Shown here piece by piece: positions 11,726 through 25,603 of a stretch of 64,000 nt of DNA. Under the pieces are notes generated by a model, which saw nothing but the letters and a program-made list of their open reading frames with translations, searched no databases and was not told the DNA's origin. Position 1 is the stretch's first letter; every line of letters starts with the position of its first letter. Source of the DNA: Hemiscyllium ocellatum (Eukaryota); the NCBI RefSeq assembly GCF_020745735.1, contig NC_083410.1, positions 9,150,117 through 9,214,116 on the forward strand, written 5' to 3'. The position numbers and the translations under genes were made by a program.

Positions 11726-14416
11726 TATATAGCTTATTTCTTATAATCCCTAAAGGGTAAATGGTTCATTTGGCTTCAGGCTACTTTGGTCACTTTCTCA
11801 TATGCATCAGATTTGGGCAGAAAGTCTTTTTAGTGTTTGCTGCTGTTTACTCTTCAACCTAGATTACAGACATACTGCGAGACAGTTCATGTAGCGCCCT
11901 GTAACAGTGCACTTACATTGAAGTGTTGGTCATGTCCATTACATAGTTTTGACACTGTGCGCAACAAAGTAAGTGCAGCAAAGTGGGGTGTGAACGATGG
12001 GTACTATTTAATATGCATCCCGCTACAGCTTCAGAGCTAGGTCTCAGGTCACTGCCACTCCTTGCTTACATTGATCTACCCTTCATAGACAACAATCTTA
12101 CAGTAGGAGCAGCAATCATTCAGCCCATTGCGCTTGAACTGAATTTTTGAAAGAACAATCCAATTAAGCCCAGTGTCTCAGTTCTTTCCCTATTCCTCTG
12201 CAAATGTTTCATTCTCAAGTATGCATTCAATTAAGTTACTATTAAATCTTCTCCCATCCTTTCAGGTTGTGCATTCCAGATCTTAACAATTTGCATGCAA
12301 AATTAAATTCTCATTGATGCTATACCTTTTTAGGAGATTATTTTAAATTTGTCCTCTCTGGTTACCAAACCATGTGTCACTGGAAACAGATTTCCCCTTA
12401 TTTCCTCTATGAAAATACTTCTTAAATGAAAATAATTTTTAAACGCTGGCATTAAATATTTTGTTAGGCGTCTATGCATTTATATCAGAACGGCGCTAGA
12501 AGTTCAAAAGTGTGAACTATGATTCACGCTTCTGAGATGAATGTGAACACGCAAGCTTATTTTGCACAACAAATTAATTGGAGACCTTGTTAAAGCTTCT
12601 AAAAACATCAGAAATGTTTCAAAGGCCATTTCTGGGAACCCTGCAGGGAATCTGAGCCCTGTGGGAAGGGCTAACTAAGTGAACACTTCTTTCTCTTTTA
12701 GTCCCTCTCATTAACTTATACTCTCCAGAATTCGCACTCTCCATGCAACACCACAAACAGCTTTCTCTTTCCTCCCGTTTAAACTATACAAGGAGCCATA
12801 AAAAGTCTAAATTAATTTAAAATTTAGAAACCTGGATTTAGTTACAGCAGATTGAAGGAGCCAAGAAATACGTCTTGCTAATAAAAATGTGGACTGTGCT
12901 CATTAACTGGGATTCCTTGCTGTAAATAATTTGTTCCATCAATGCATCCCTCCTCCTTTCTAAGCAACATCCCACCAACTAAATTTTCAGCCTTGCCATT
13001 GGCCATGCTGGACTTAATTTTCCCAGAAACACACTTCTGTTCACCAACATTTCCCTTTTACGTATCTCCCTGCACTGTTTTTAACCAAGGTGGCAGATGG
13101 TTTGGCCACCTTGATCCCTCTCTCTGGAATTCTCTCTCTAACTTCACTCTGCTTCTATTTTACCTTCCAACACCTACCTATTCTCCTCATTTCCAGATTT
13201 CAACATGGCTCAGGTTAGGCACTTGCATTCTCCTCTCTTCCACATGAAGCACTTTGGATGATTCTTTGCACTCAAAAGTATTGCATAATTGCAAGTTGTC
13301 ATTTTCATCTATCAACCATACCATCAGCATCAGAAGTTAAGATACACAGGTTGATTCAGTCAGTACTTCACTATTTTAAAAGATATAGCAGGTTGTCTTC
13401 TAAAAACCTGACTCTAGATTGAAGTCTAGTTTCAATGGACTAAAACTGGTATCAGCAACATAACTTGTGCACCACAATTAAATGCCCAAAATGCTTCACA
13501 TGCAGCAATGAGCCATATCTATCCTTCTCTTCAAAAATCAAACATGTTAAAAACATGTTAGCAATCATTTTTAATTGTTGGTGATGCAACATCATTACAG
13601 AATAATGTACTGCTGTAGCAGTATGGTTTGGACTTAATTCCCCAAACTCTTCAAGTTCTCAATCTTGACTTTATAACTGTGAAGGGACAACACTTATAGA
13701 GCTGTCTCCTATGCCTACCTTCATGTCACTGCTGAGAAAAATTTGACCACAGATCAATTATTCAGTCACCAGACAAGATTTGGACCAACTGCAAGTGTGG
13801 GATCCCCAGGGACTTTTGGAAACAGAGGCAGAATCAAGTTCTCACAACAGTGCAATGCAGAAAAAAAAAATGAACTCGAGGCCTTCTACTTTGCTGTCAG
13901 AAAATTCTCTCTTCTCATCAATGCCCATTCAACTGAAGACATAACTTTTTTCCTTGTGACACCTATTCCCCCTATCAGACTCAAGATCAGATGGCATATC
14001 TCGTCAAGTGGCTCTCTAAGAATTTTCTGCATATGCCTAAATCCATAGACATGTTGTTCTTGAAAATGATACAAATTGGTTTTGGATGCACAGGTGATTG
14101 AATCCTTGAGAACCCAAGATACCTCCTCCTTGTTTTATGCACATCTCAGACAGAGAGAGAGAGGACGAAACATCTGTTACTGCTGGTACTCAGACTGGTA
14201 GAAGAGACCATTTATTTCCCTACACAAATAAAAACTTGAAACTACTCATTTCTTACAACTCTTATGGCTATCTATGTTACTTATGGGCAGGGACTTTACA
14301 AGTCTTGGAAGAAAAGCTGCAGCTGGCTTCTTCCAAACATTGGAATATTGCACCACTTACGATGCCATGTTGTATCAATTTTTTTTCTTTTTAAAATAAT
14401 GTATCGGTGGACTCAC

Positions 14417-14544
14417 TTGTGAAATCTTCCCGCACGATCTTCAGTGTCTGCGTACAGGAACATCTTATAGGCATAGTTCTCAATGTGGGCATTCCCCACC
14501 ACATCCTGTGTAATGGATTCATGGTCACCCAATTGCTTCTTCAT
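14417..14544 (-). CDS. VTA1: VTA1 coding exon 3
   Basis: 128-nt exon between tttcAG and GTgagt. Translates MKKQLGDHESITQDVVGNAHIENYAYKMFLYADTEDRAGRFH(K), matching human LKKQLGDNEAITQEIVGCAHLENYALKMFLYADNEDRAGRFHK. In frame with exon 2. Confidence 0.97.
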
Positions 14545-17500
14545 CTGAAAGGGAGACCACAAAAAAAAGTGACTTTAATACCACAACAGCAGGTTTTTTT
14601 CAGGTACAATTGCAATTTCTTGACAGAGAGGTGAAGAGCTTTGGGTGGAAAGGTTTTTGGCTCTGAGTGATTTGAAGTGAAATGTTTCCTTCCAGCAAGT
14701 TGCAAAAATATAAATTGCTTGGTGTTACATTAGCAGTGATCCCTAATTTACCTAGTATTCCCTCTAATTCTCAATAACTACAAGACCTTAGCCTTGCACC
14801 ATGACCAAAAGGATCGCTATTCATTACTGAGTAGCAGAAGGCATCACTCAACGAGCATGGTTAATTATGAACGGATGTGGCATTACGTTTGGATCTAAAT
14901 ATGCTATTAGACTCATAATTTTTGAATGGATCGAAACCTGACCGTGCAAAGAGCATAAATTGCAAGCTCCACCAGGCGTCCTTAAAATTCTGGTGAAGTT
15001 TAACAGCCCATAAAAGTAGCCCTTCTGAGCTTTATAAGGACTCCAACAGGAGATGGGATAGAGAATCGTATTTCAGAGCCTGCCTTGGAAGTGGTACTTT
15101 CAAGTAGGAGGTGAGGCTGACATTTTCCATGTAGTTACAATTAAACTTTTTATTTGCAAGCAAAGCTCTCGCATCAACCAGTGTTAAACCATAAGTGACT
15201 TCGCAATAAAATGGCAGAATTAGCAAAACAACTACAATGCTATATTTCTCATGTAACCATTGCATTTCATCACAACAAAAGGGAACTTTTACATAAATAA
15301 TTATACTTATGAGGTTTCAATCTTGGAATGATGCTAATTGAGAAATGCTGTATTGTTTCTGCATATCATTTGAAAGATTTTCTTTGAAATAATCACAAGC
15401 TTACAGAAAGTATTTCAGATGACATTGCATGTACATTTGAGACCTTCAGAACTCAAAGGATCCATATTACTTGACAGTATAACTTATTTCAAAGCTCCTA
15501 GCCGAGTTAAATGCAACAACTTCTAACAAGCCATATTGCCATAAACTCATAAATTTCTTATCTTTTGAATGATAAAAGCCACTGGTGAATTGTACCAAAA
15601 TAGTAAACAATACCATTCTGTTAGGAGGGAATTTGAGACAGGACATGAAGCAGATGTATTAGAATTGCTTTTTTGGGCTGGAAAAGGGGAAAACAATATT
15701 AGAGTTCCCATTTCTAGTGGAGAAGCAAAAGCTGGAAGCTGGAAATTGGAAATAAAAATAGAAAGTCCTGGAAATATTCAGCAACAGTGGAAAGAGAACT
15801 GGATTTAATGTTGGAAAGCCATGCTAACAAAAGGTCATCCACCTGAAACATTAACTGTCTTCATTTTCTGCAGCTTCTGACCAATCTTGCATATTTCTGG
15901 CTTCTTCTGCTTATCCAATTCAGTACAGCTATCCAGTCACTCTTTCTTGATTGAAATGTACATATAGATATTGAGTGAAGAGCGATCTGCACTTGAATTC
16001 AACTGCACTTCAACAACCTACAAACACGGATATCTGCTGCTGGAGATGCAATCAAGGATTGCCAATAAATGAATTGAGGGAAGCAGTATTTCATCTGATC
16101 AGGGCATTCATGACGAAAACTTGTTGAGAATTGAAAATGAAATGGTCACGAAATGACTTGAAAGGAAAATCTTCAGGGAACATCTAGAACAGAAGAGCTT
16201 TAAAAATGACCAAAAATATTTAACACAACTGCAAATTTCTTGCAATAATGCAACATTGGGTGATACAGGCATGAAATCTCAATAGCTGCCTTCACAAGGT
16301 TAAAGACATAATTTCACTGAATGATGGCTTGACACCTTTATCCTATTTGGAGAAAAGTAATTGAATGATTAACAGATCTTTGAACTTGCTCTCTCAGATC
16401 CTAATAAGTGTTCGGTGTGGTTGGGCTGGCTATGTGCACCCAGCTTGAAGAAGGAACAATGCCTAAACCTTCTCCTTGGCAAATAAAAAAACAGAAACAT
16501 ATTGTTAATGGGCAGGTTACCAATCATAACAATCAGGGATTCAGGAAAACTACCCACTGAGGCGAGATATTTAGATCTGGAAATCATAGAAAACTGACTT
16601 GGCACAGACTCCTCCAGCCTGTCATCAGTATTCTAATATCCCTTCATTCAATAAGGTGTCGCAATAGCAAATCCAAATATAAGCAATGAAAGATAAGCGA
16701 AAGTTGGATCCCACTTCACAGAAACTGAGCCTCAATGTCTCCTTGGAACAAAATTATAATTCTAACTGAAAAGTGTTGACTCATTTTCACGTTATTTTCT
16801 CTCCTCAGCTGTGCGTTAGTCAGGTGCAATTTAAGTGCAAGACATTTTGTCGCTCAAAAAGCAACTTCCAAATTGTCATGGTGCAATAAAGTGACTTGTG
16901 AGATAATGAGGGAGACTTGAAAAGCTGAGAGCACCAGATTTTCTCTGTTGGCAAAACAAAAGGACGCAGTACTGACAGTTTCACTGCAGCCCTTCTGATT
17001 TACTTCAAAATTATAACATGCCCTCACTCGTGCTGGAATTAGTTACAAACTCTCCAGACTGTCCAGAAGTTTCCAGGATTAAAAATTAATCATTGTGAAC
17101 AACTGGAAGAAAAACAAATTGCACAGTTAGTTAAAGTGCATACTTTTTCCATTTACTTTGAACACTTTTGTTTATTTGTTATATAAAAAATTAGGAGATT
17201 GGTGAGGGGCAAGAGAAAAAACGATCGTTTGATTTGACAGTCAAGAATCACTAAGTTATGAATGAATTTGTTGGGTGCCCAATGTTCAATGGTAATCACA
17301 GAGGCTTTTGCATAAAGCCAGTCAGTTGGAAACAGGGCAGAAACACAGTCCGAAATCTGCAAAAATAGCAAGATTGTGCAGATAGGACAATTGGGACCAC
17401 GTGGTAAAATCTCCAGGAATGAGGCCAAGTAAAGCCAACTTGCCATCTGGATTATAGGTTCAAGAATTGGAACAGGATCCAAAGCCATATGCCTTCAGTT

Positions 17501-18474
17501 CAGACGAGCAAAACCACCAACTGAACCAAGCAAACATTCTACTACTAGTAACGCTTTAACAAATGGACTAGGCTCTCAAATGGGCCATTTCCTTGCACTC
17601 CATCACTAAGTTCGATGCTGATGCAGAAAAAAAACGACCAATTCATGTGTATAGACAATGGTGGAGCAGCTCCAAGGAAATTGTTGAACTCGGTGTCATA
17701 TACAAACCCCATTTCTTCTTTATTTCCTGCTCGAAACGCCACTAAGTAGAGGAGTGAGTCAAGGAACACACTGTCCCTTTTGGATTACAAGGTACCCTTG
17801 ACTGTTAGACCATTGGACAAAATTAGCACTAGCTTGCCTGGGTTTATAACACTTGGGGCAGTCAAATCTGAACGAAAAACAGGCAGGAAATGACAAAAAC
17901 CATGTAAGAGACCCTGGTGACTTTTGAACTCCTTGCAATAAATTCAACTGATACTCACGTATCTTCCTTGGTTAAGCAAGTCTCATTTCAGACTGTAGAT
18001 GGAATTATTTGGTGAGGAGGGATGGGAAGAAAGAAATAAAAAAGATGGAACAAATAAAATCTTACTCAACAGGAGAAAACTCATCTCAGAGCTTATTTAG
18101 ACTAGCCTGCTTGATTGGCATCATATAAACTCAAGAAAAATTAAGAACTGTCTGCAGTGGTTGAACGGGACAGCTCACCACCACCTACTCAAGGGCAACT
18201 AAGGATTGCCCACAATTGCTGGCCGAGCCAGCTGGGCCCACATCCTGTGAATGAATTGAACAAACAAGCTGAACAGAGCCAGTAGGAGGCAGCTCTTAGA
18301 GGAACTGAATTTTTTTTGGTGTGAGTGATATTTCTATCTCATTCACACCACAGTGGGGCACAAACAACCAGACATTATTATTTTTCAATTCATTCTTCCT
18401 TTATTCTTTCATGGAATATGCAATCACTGGCAAGGCCAAAATTTATTGTTCATCCCTAATTGCTCTTGAATTGA

Positions 18475-18653
18475 AGCAAAATGCCGCAGGTGTTGGAAAT
18501 CTGAAACAAAGAAAATCCTGGAGGAACTCAGCACATCTGGCAGCATGAGTGGAGAGAGAAACGGATTTAGCAGTTCAAGTCCACTATGTCTCTTCTTCAG
18601 AACCCAGTTGAGATGCTGCCAGACCTGCTGAATTTCCCCTGCACTCCGTTTGT
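18475..18653 (-). mobile_element. Old fold-back PLE-terminus mini-insertion inside a SINE/LINE tail
   Basis: TSD tcttgaattga (18464-18474) / tcttaaattga (18654-18664). Inverted arms tcagcacatctggcagcat / atgctgccagacctgctga. Minus-strand CTGAAGA box. Confidence 0.7.
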
Positions 18654-19049
18654 TCTTAAATTGAGTTGCTTCCTAGAAGCAACCACATCACTATGAATCT
18701 GCAATCACATGGAGAGCAAGGGTGACAGATTACCTTCTCTGTGGCACATTGTTAACCAGATGGATCTTTACAACAGTCAGTGATAGTTCCATGGTCACCA
18801 TTTCAGAGACTAGCTTTACATGCCAGATTCTACCAATTTCATTTTAATTCCATCAGTGGCTGAGGTGGCATTTGAATCCTCAGCCCCAGTGCATTTGCTT
18901 GGATTGACCAGTTCCGTGATATGAATGGGGGAGCACCACCTCCCCGAAGTGGAGTACTGCAAGCAATAAGCAGGCAATAAAGCTAAAGAAAAGGACATCA
19001 ATGCAAGAGTGGAATGAGAGAAGAATGAGAAGCAAATCAGTGCAAGTAC

Positions 19050-19590
19050 AGAATCATTGAATGGTGACAGCATAGGAAGCCACTAACTCTGCCATGTCTG
19101 TTAAGGAGCAATTCACCTAGTGCTAATCGGCAGCCTTTTCTTTGTGACCTGACACATCCTTCTTTATCTGATATTGAACCTGACACCCTCTTGAAAACCC
19201 TGATTGAATCTGCTTCAACCATACTTTCAGAAAGTGCAGTCTAGACCCTAAACACTCGCTGTGTGAAGATATTTCATGCTGTCATTGCTCCTTTCGCCAA
19301 TTGCCAGAAATTTCTGTCTTCTGGTTCTTGATTATTCCACCAGTGGGGAATAGTACTTTCTTATCTACTGAGTCTAGACCCCTTATGTTTTCGAATACCT
19401 CCATCAAGTCTCCTCTTCAAGATTCTCTTCTGCAAGAAGGACAGTTCCAACTTCTCCAATAATGGAAGGTCTTTTTCAATGGGACCATTCTAGTCAACTT
19501 TTCTGCAGTCTCTCTATTGTCTTCGCATCCTTCCTAATGTGCAGCACCCTGAACTGCACACAATCCTCCAGTTGAGGCTGAACCAGTGAG
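19050..19590 (-). mobile_element. Old CR1 LINE 3' fragment
   Basis: ORF 19037-19222 begins MVEADSIRVFKR, typical of the CR1 ORF2 C-terminus. Confidence 0.7.
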
Positions 19591-20859
19591 TCCTATCAGA
19601 AAAAGCATGCATGCATTTTAAAAGTGTTTTGATGCAAGAGTATTGTCTATGGAGAACTTTATAATATGAAGGACTTAACATATTATGATTTTTTTATGGA
19701 TCGTTTCCTGGAATCGAACAGCTCTGAATCAAGTTCTGAGTTGGTTCTTAGTCAGACCTATAGCTGTATTTAATGAAAGTTCTGCAGTAAAGATTCAAGG
19801 ATAATGACAATGAGACGTCATCACTGGGGTAAGAAATTTTGACAAGTCAAAGAAATCAAAAAATCAGCCACTACTCTTAAATTTTCATCCTCCAAAATCA
19901 GGAGGTATGTTCAGCAGAATAATTCACCCATTTGAGAAGCATTTCAAAACCAGCACTCTATCTAGTTGAATATATTATGAACATATTTGAATAGGTTGTT
20001 GCAGAGGACAACAATCTAGCTCTTTCAATGCAGACATTGTATTTTGTTTTCTGCTCAAATGTCAAGATTATTCCACTGTTGGCAGCAATGCTTCAGATTC
20101 CTGGGGTACTAAAACTTACAAGAATGTGTATCAACAGCTTAGGAAAGATCTCTACTTTATTATATCCATTGACAGCTTATTCCAGATAACTACTATGTGC
20201 ACTTTCAGCAGCCTGTTAATTTGCAGGTACAGAAATTCCAATACAGCACAGGTGCACTTCTTGGTTTTCAAAGAGATGTTAAGTTCTCACAAGCACACAT
20301 CGTTTATTAAACACAGCAGCGCATGTGAATCTGAGACATGCAGACTCGAGTGACCCTGGGTTTAAGGACAGCTCTGAAGTAAGACTGCAGCTATTAGCCA
20401 GGAGTGAAATATGAGTACAGCTGCTTTGTGAGGAGTGAGGAGGAAGAATCCACAAAAGGTTCTTACTCCAAATTATCACCCTGCAACATCTTTGCCAGAA
20501 AGCTGCATTTGTGAATTTGCCAGAAAACGTGACCCCATTTCTATGGTTGGCATGCATGAAGTGGACAAGGAGGTAATGCTCCTATGGCTCCAACTTACCC
20601 AGTGAAAGACCAATTCAGTGGGGTCTTTGCACAAGTGGCCATTCTTATGTGAACCCATTTTATCAAACTTGCCCTGCCATTTGGTACAATCATGGCAAAT
20701 CTTCAACCCCACTTTTCTGCCTGCTATTTGTACCACTCAATTTCCAGAAACACCAAAAGCGTGATTGACCCATCCTTAAATGTGTTAAACGATAGAGCAT
20801 CTGGTGTCAAAAATTCCAAAGTGACACAAATATTTGAGTAACCAACTGCATTTGCTTAA

Positions 20860-21560
20860 GTGCTACATCAAAGTTTACCGTGGAAAATAAATGTTCATGG
20901 TGGAGTGGGGAACATATTGACATGGTTAGAAGATTGGCTTGCTAATATGGATCAAAAGGTTGGCATAAGGGAGTCATTTTCAGGCCGGCAAGTTGCAGCA
21001 AGTGATGTGCTACAATGATCTATGATCTCAATTGCTTACAATTATGTAAGTAACTTGGATGAAGGGATGGAAGATATGGTTGCCAAATTTTCTGAAGACA
21101 CAAAGAAAAATAGGAAACTTATTTACGATAAGGACTTAAAGAGACTTCAAAATGATATTGATCCGTTAAGTGAGTGGACAAAGATCTGGAAAATGGACTG
21201 AAATGGGGTTAATGTCAAAAATCCACTTTTTCAGGAAGAAGAAAGCAAACATATCATCTAAATGGTGAGACATTGCAGATGCAGAGAGATCCGGGTGCCC
21301 TGCTTGAGGGTCAAAGTAACGAGGAAATCGAGTTGACATTTAAACAGATGAAGACATTGTTGAGGATTGTCTGTCTTTGGAACTCTCTTGTACATAAGGA
21401 GGCAGAAACAAAGTCCTTGAATATTTTTAAAGGAAAATATAGACTCTTGTCAGGTTATCAGGGATAGTTGGAAACACAGAGGAAGTTACGACCAGATTAG
21501 CCACGATCGTATTCATTGGTAGGGTAGACTCAAGAGGCTTAATGGACAAGGAGGCTTAAT
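20860..21560 (+). mobile_element. Old CR1 LINE RT and 3' fragments
   Basis: Decayed WLEDWLA, VAKFSEDTK and LSEWTKIWKM motifs. Confidence 0.7.
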
Positions 21561-21919
21561 GGACAAGAGGAGGAGTAGATCATACAAAATAATTGCTTCT
21601 TGTCACAGCTCTAAATGAACCAAACTGGGCATCAAGTTTAGGATCAAACCTCTGTGATTTAGTACCTCATGCATTTCAGGAACTTTACCAGTGGAAAGCA
21701 AATACTACAGGCATTGCTTTGGACAAACTAGTGAATAGAAGGACATAACCATTTTTAAAAAACTGATATCTATGCATCAAATTCAGCAACAAGAGACCTG
21801 GGGTTTTATTGCAAATCTGTTCTACCTTTCCATTTTGGATTCTTTCCCTGACCAGAAGCCAAACCTCCCACCACAGGCAGTGTGAAAGAACACAGCATTT
21901 TAGTTAAAGCAACTAGTTT

Positions 21920-22105
21920 AGATTAGACTTACAGTGTGGAAACAGGCCCTTCGGGCCAACAAGTCCACACCAACCCGCCGAAGTGCAACCCACCCATACC
22001 CCTATATTTACCCCTTACCTAACACTACGGGCAATTTAGCATGGCCAATTCACCTGACCCACACATCTTTGGACTGTGGGAGGAAACCCACGCAGACACG
22101 GGGAG
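21920..22105 (-). mobile_element. HE1-type SINE 3' half, fused to the PLE fragment
   Basis: V-domain remnant and tail present; tRNA head missing. Confidence 0.85.
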
Positions 22106-22960
22106 AAATTCGACGTTTCAGGCCAGAGTCCTTCATCAGGAATGAGGAGAGTGTGCCAGGCAGGCTAAGATTAAAGGTAGGGAAGAGGGACTTGGGGGAG
22201 GGGCGATGGAGATGTGATAGGTGGAAGGAGATAGGCTGGAGTGGGGTGGGGGCGGAGAGGTCAGGAAGAAGATTGCAGGTTAGGAGGGCAGTGCTGAGTT
22301 GAGGGAACCGACTGAGACAAGGTGGGGGGAGGGGAAATGAAACTGGAGAAATCTGAGTTCATTCCTTGTGGTTGGAGGGTTCCCAGGCGGAAGATGAGGC
22401 GCTCTTCCTCCAACCGTCGTGTTGTTATGTTCTGCCGATGGAGGAGTCCAAGGACCTGCATGTCCTCGGTGGAGTGGGAGGGAGAGTTAAAATGTTGAGC
22501 CATGGGGTGGTTGGGTTGGTTGGTCCGGGCGTCCCAGAGGTGTTCCCTGAAGCGTTCTGCAAGTAGGTGGCCCATCTCCCTAATATAGAGGAGGCCACGT
22601 CGGTGCAGCGGATGCAATAGATGATGTGTGTGGAGGTGCAGGTGAATTTGTGGCGAATATGGAAGGATCCCTTGGGGCCTTGGAGAGAAGTAAGGGAGGA
22701 GGTGTGGGCGCAAGTTTTACATTTCCTGCGGTTGCAGGGGAAGATGCCGGGAGTGGAGGTTGGGTTGGTGGGGGGTGTGGACCTGACGAGGGAGTCACAA
22801 AGGGAGTGGTCTTTGCGGAACGCTGATAGTGGAGGGGAGGGAAATACATCCCTGGTGGTGGGGTCCATTTGGAGGTGACGGAAATGACGGCGACGGAAAT
22901 GACGGCGGATGATACGCTGTATACGGAGGTTGGTGGGGTGGTAGGTGAGAACCAGTGGGG
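22106..22960 (-). mobile_element. Penelope-like element (Neptune-type) 3' part: Cys linker, GIY-YIG endonuclease, hammerhead motif
   Basis: PCNRRKCKTC linker, IIYCIRC, LLYI..ERFREH..HFNSPSH..EERLIFRLGTLQPQGMN. Minus strand 22143-22108 reads attcCTGATGAaggactctggcctGAAAcgtcgaat. Confidence 0.92.
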
Positions 22961-25252
22961 TAAAGGCAGGCAACCTCAAAACCTTAAAACGTATGTAAAT
23001 GAACACTTTCGGTATTTTAACATTCAAGGCTATGAGCCATATCCTGGAAAGTGAGATTAGGTCAGCTCAGACACAATGGGTCGAAATGCCCCTATGATAT
23101 GTTACTCAATGAGAATGATTACAAAAACAAATCAGCAAGGAACAATATAAAATCAGTACTTGTTACTGAGACCTTACGAGTTACAATCTTAAAGGAAATG
23201 AGCAAGTGCCTACTCAGAAGTTCAGCACCATATCACAGTGAAGAGATTAAATGTGAAAGGTCATCATCTTCCTTGTCAAGGAAAGAGCATGGTAATGCGG
23301 AAGTGACAGTAGAGGACACAGATATGAATTAAAAAGAAAGATGAGAACACAAGGGTGCCATTCTTTCTTTCATTCCTTCTCAGTGAGATAAAAAGAACTG
23401 AATTACCTTGCTGGTTGGAAACTACCAAACTATTCAGAAAAGCGGAGGTCACAAGAATCAATGGCTATTTTCTGGGCTAACTACTCATGCTCTTGATTGC
23501 CAGGCCACATCAGTGTGTGCAATCTTTTGGATCCATTACAGCGACTCACCAGTACATGGTGCTGCTCTTGAGCTACAGGATTCATGGGTAAGCTATCACT
23601 ACCCTGACTGAGGCAAATAGTACTGTTTCTTCATCACCGCTGAGACACAGTCTTAGAATTCTCTACCTCGCCCAACCCAATGAAAGAGCACTACTGTTGC
23701 AAGGACTACAGTGGTCGGGGAGAAAGGCCTCTATTTCCTCAGGACAATGAGGGATTGGCAATTTTTAATGCAGCAGTGCCCACTTTCCAGGAACAATCAC
23801 AGAGAAGAATGTTACATAAGGAAAAGGGATTTCATTACCAGCAATTAAATGATAATATTTTCTGGAGCATGGAGACACATTTAATCCCCAAGCTACAAGC
23901 TTGATTGTGCTGCTGCAGTATGTAGCTAATTTATTTTTTGGAAGTGCCTACTGGGTCAGTGTCCTCATAAGGCTGTATTGGTACATGGTCATTGGTTAAA
24001 TGCAAATCGAGCTGCACCATGTTAAAACTTTAAGTATGTGGCCAAGAAAGTACCAGAAAGACAACAAAACTGGGAAGAGGCCCATCCCTTTCAGTTCAGA
24101 TTGCTTGTCTATCCACCCTCTGTGAAAGGATTGTCCCATGTTTGCAATCCACTTTTATTAGCAATTTTAGTGATCTCTTCTTCACTGGCTTTTGCAGAAA
24201 ATGATCTGTCTGACCTCTCCACAGGATTCGTTAACAAAATAAAACTCAGTACAAATGGGTTTGTAGCCAACATCACTGTTCAACAGAGGTACAGAATTAT
24301 CTTTGTTTTTCTTTGTATGGTTGAATTCTTCCTTGATGGAGTGATGGAGACTAAAAATAAAAAAACACTACATTTCTTGTGAAAATGCTCAATGACCCCT
24401 TTCACTGGTGATGGCTGCTGCTGCTTTACTCTACCTGAAATCCAAGGCTTTTACCTGAACTCAATCATTTATAGGAACAGTCAGCTATATGTGTATAGAA
24501 AGCAGCGAGGGTGGAAAAACTGTTAGCCACAATTGATGAATATCCTTGCTGATATTTCACCACATTAGGAATTCCTGGCCACAGGTTAATTTTGCAGAAA
24601 AAAGAAACAGTCGAGTTATAGAGAGGGAAAATAAACAGGGTCTTTATTAATGGAAGCCAGAATCAAATAAAGAGAAGTGCTCAGTTCTACATTTAAACCT
24701 CCTTTAAGAAGGGAGACAATTAAATGCTTTATGTTTTGAGTTATTATGTGGTCACATCCAACAATTGTTAAACTGGTGGAGTTATAAGGTCACATTTTAA
24801 TGCAGTGTTGGTGGACTAACATGAAGTAGCCTTACAGTTATACACACACATCTGAAGACGGGGGTCCCAAATGTCAATCCTGGCCCCAACTGTGTTTGTA
24901 AAGACAGTGAATCGGGAGATGGGAAATAAAATCTTCCTCCTTTTATATAGCCCTGGTAGTGGAAGTAACCAATTACAAAATAAACTGATAGTGTTGCCCA
25001 CTTTGGCTGCAGCATGTCTGATCAGGCATACTGTTACATGTTTAAGTACTCTCAAAGTGCCGGAGATAGAGGCAGGCATGGACTTACAGCCTGGAATTTT
25101 CATCACAAGACTTTCATATTTACATGCTGCACAGTGTGTTGATCAATAACACACAAACTTTAATAATTGTATAGTGAATGTTAATTTTCTATTTTATTGC
25201 TGTTCTTTATTTGCTCTTTGAATACTAAAATACAGTCATATCAGAGAAGAGT

Positions 25253-25542
25253 TGGCTGCACGGTGGCTCAGTGGTGAACACCGCTGCCTCACAGCACCAG
25301 GGACCTGGGTTCGATTCCAAACTCTGGCTACTGTCTATTTGGAGTTTGCACATTCTTCCCGTGTCTGCTGGGTTTCCTCCCACAGTCCGAAGATGTGCAG
25401 GTCAGGTGAATTGACCACGCTAAATTGCCCATAGTGTTAGGTGCATTAGTCAGTGGGAAATGGGTCTGGGTGGGTTACTCTTCAGAAGGTTGGTGTGCAC
25501 TTGTTGGGCCAAAGGGCCTGTTTCCACACTGTAGGGGATCTA
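25253..25542 (+). mobile_element. HE1-type V-SINE
   Basis: GGTGGCTCAGTGG A-box, GGTTCGATTCC B-box, V-domain and CR1-like tail. Confidence 0.92.
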
Positions 25543-25603
25543 ATAAAATGACTCCAAGTGAAAACAAACCCAAGCTTGTCCAATCTCTCCCTGTAAACCA
25601 TTT

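Noticed and set aside
16791-16808. Strong plus-strand splice acceptor (ttattttctctcctcag) suggesting an antisense exon
   Set aside because: No convincing reading frame, donor or partner exons were found.
21534-21568. Short tandem duplications (also near 8080-8128 and 13540-13560) and a poly-C run near 45617-45632
   Set aside because: Ordinary slippage products; not arrays, and there is no CRISPR-like repeat-spacer structure.
25253-25330. tRNA gene (A and B boxes)
   Set aside because: It is the tRNA-derived head of an HE1 SINE and continues into the V-domain. The same applies to the other copies.
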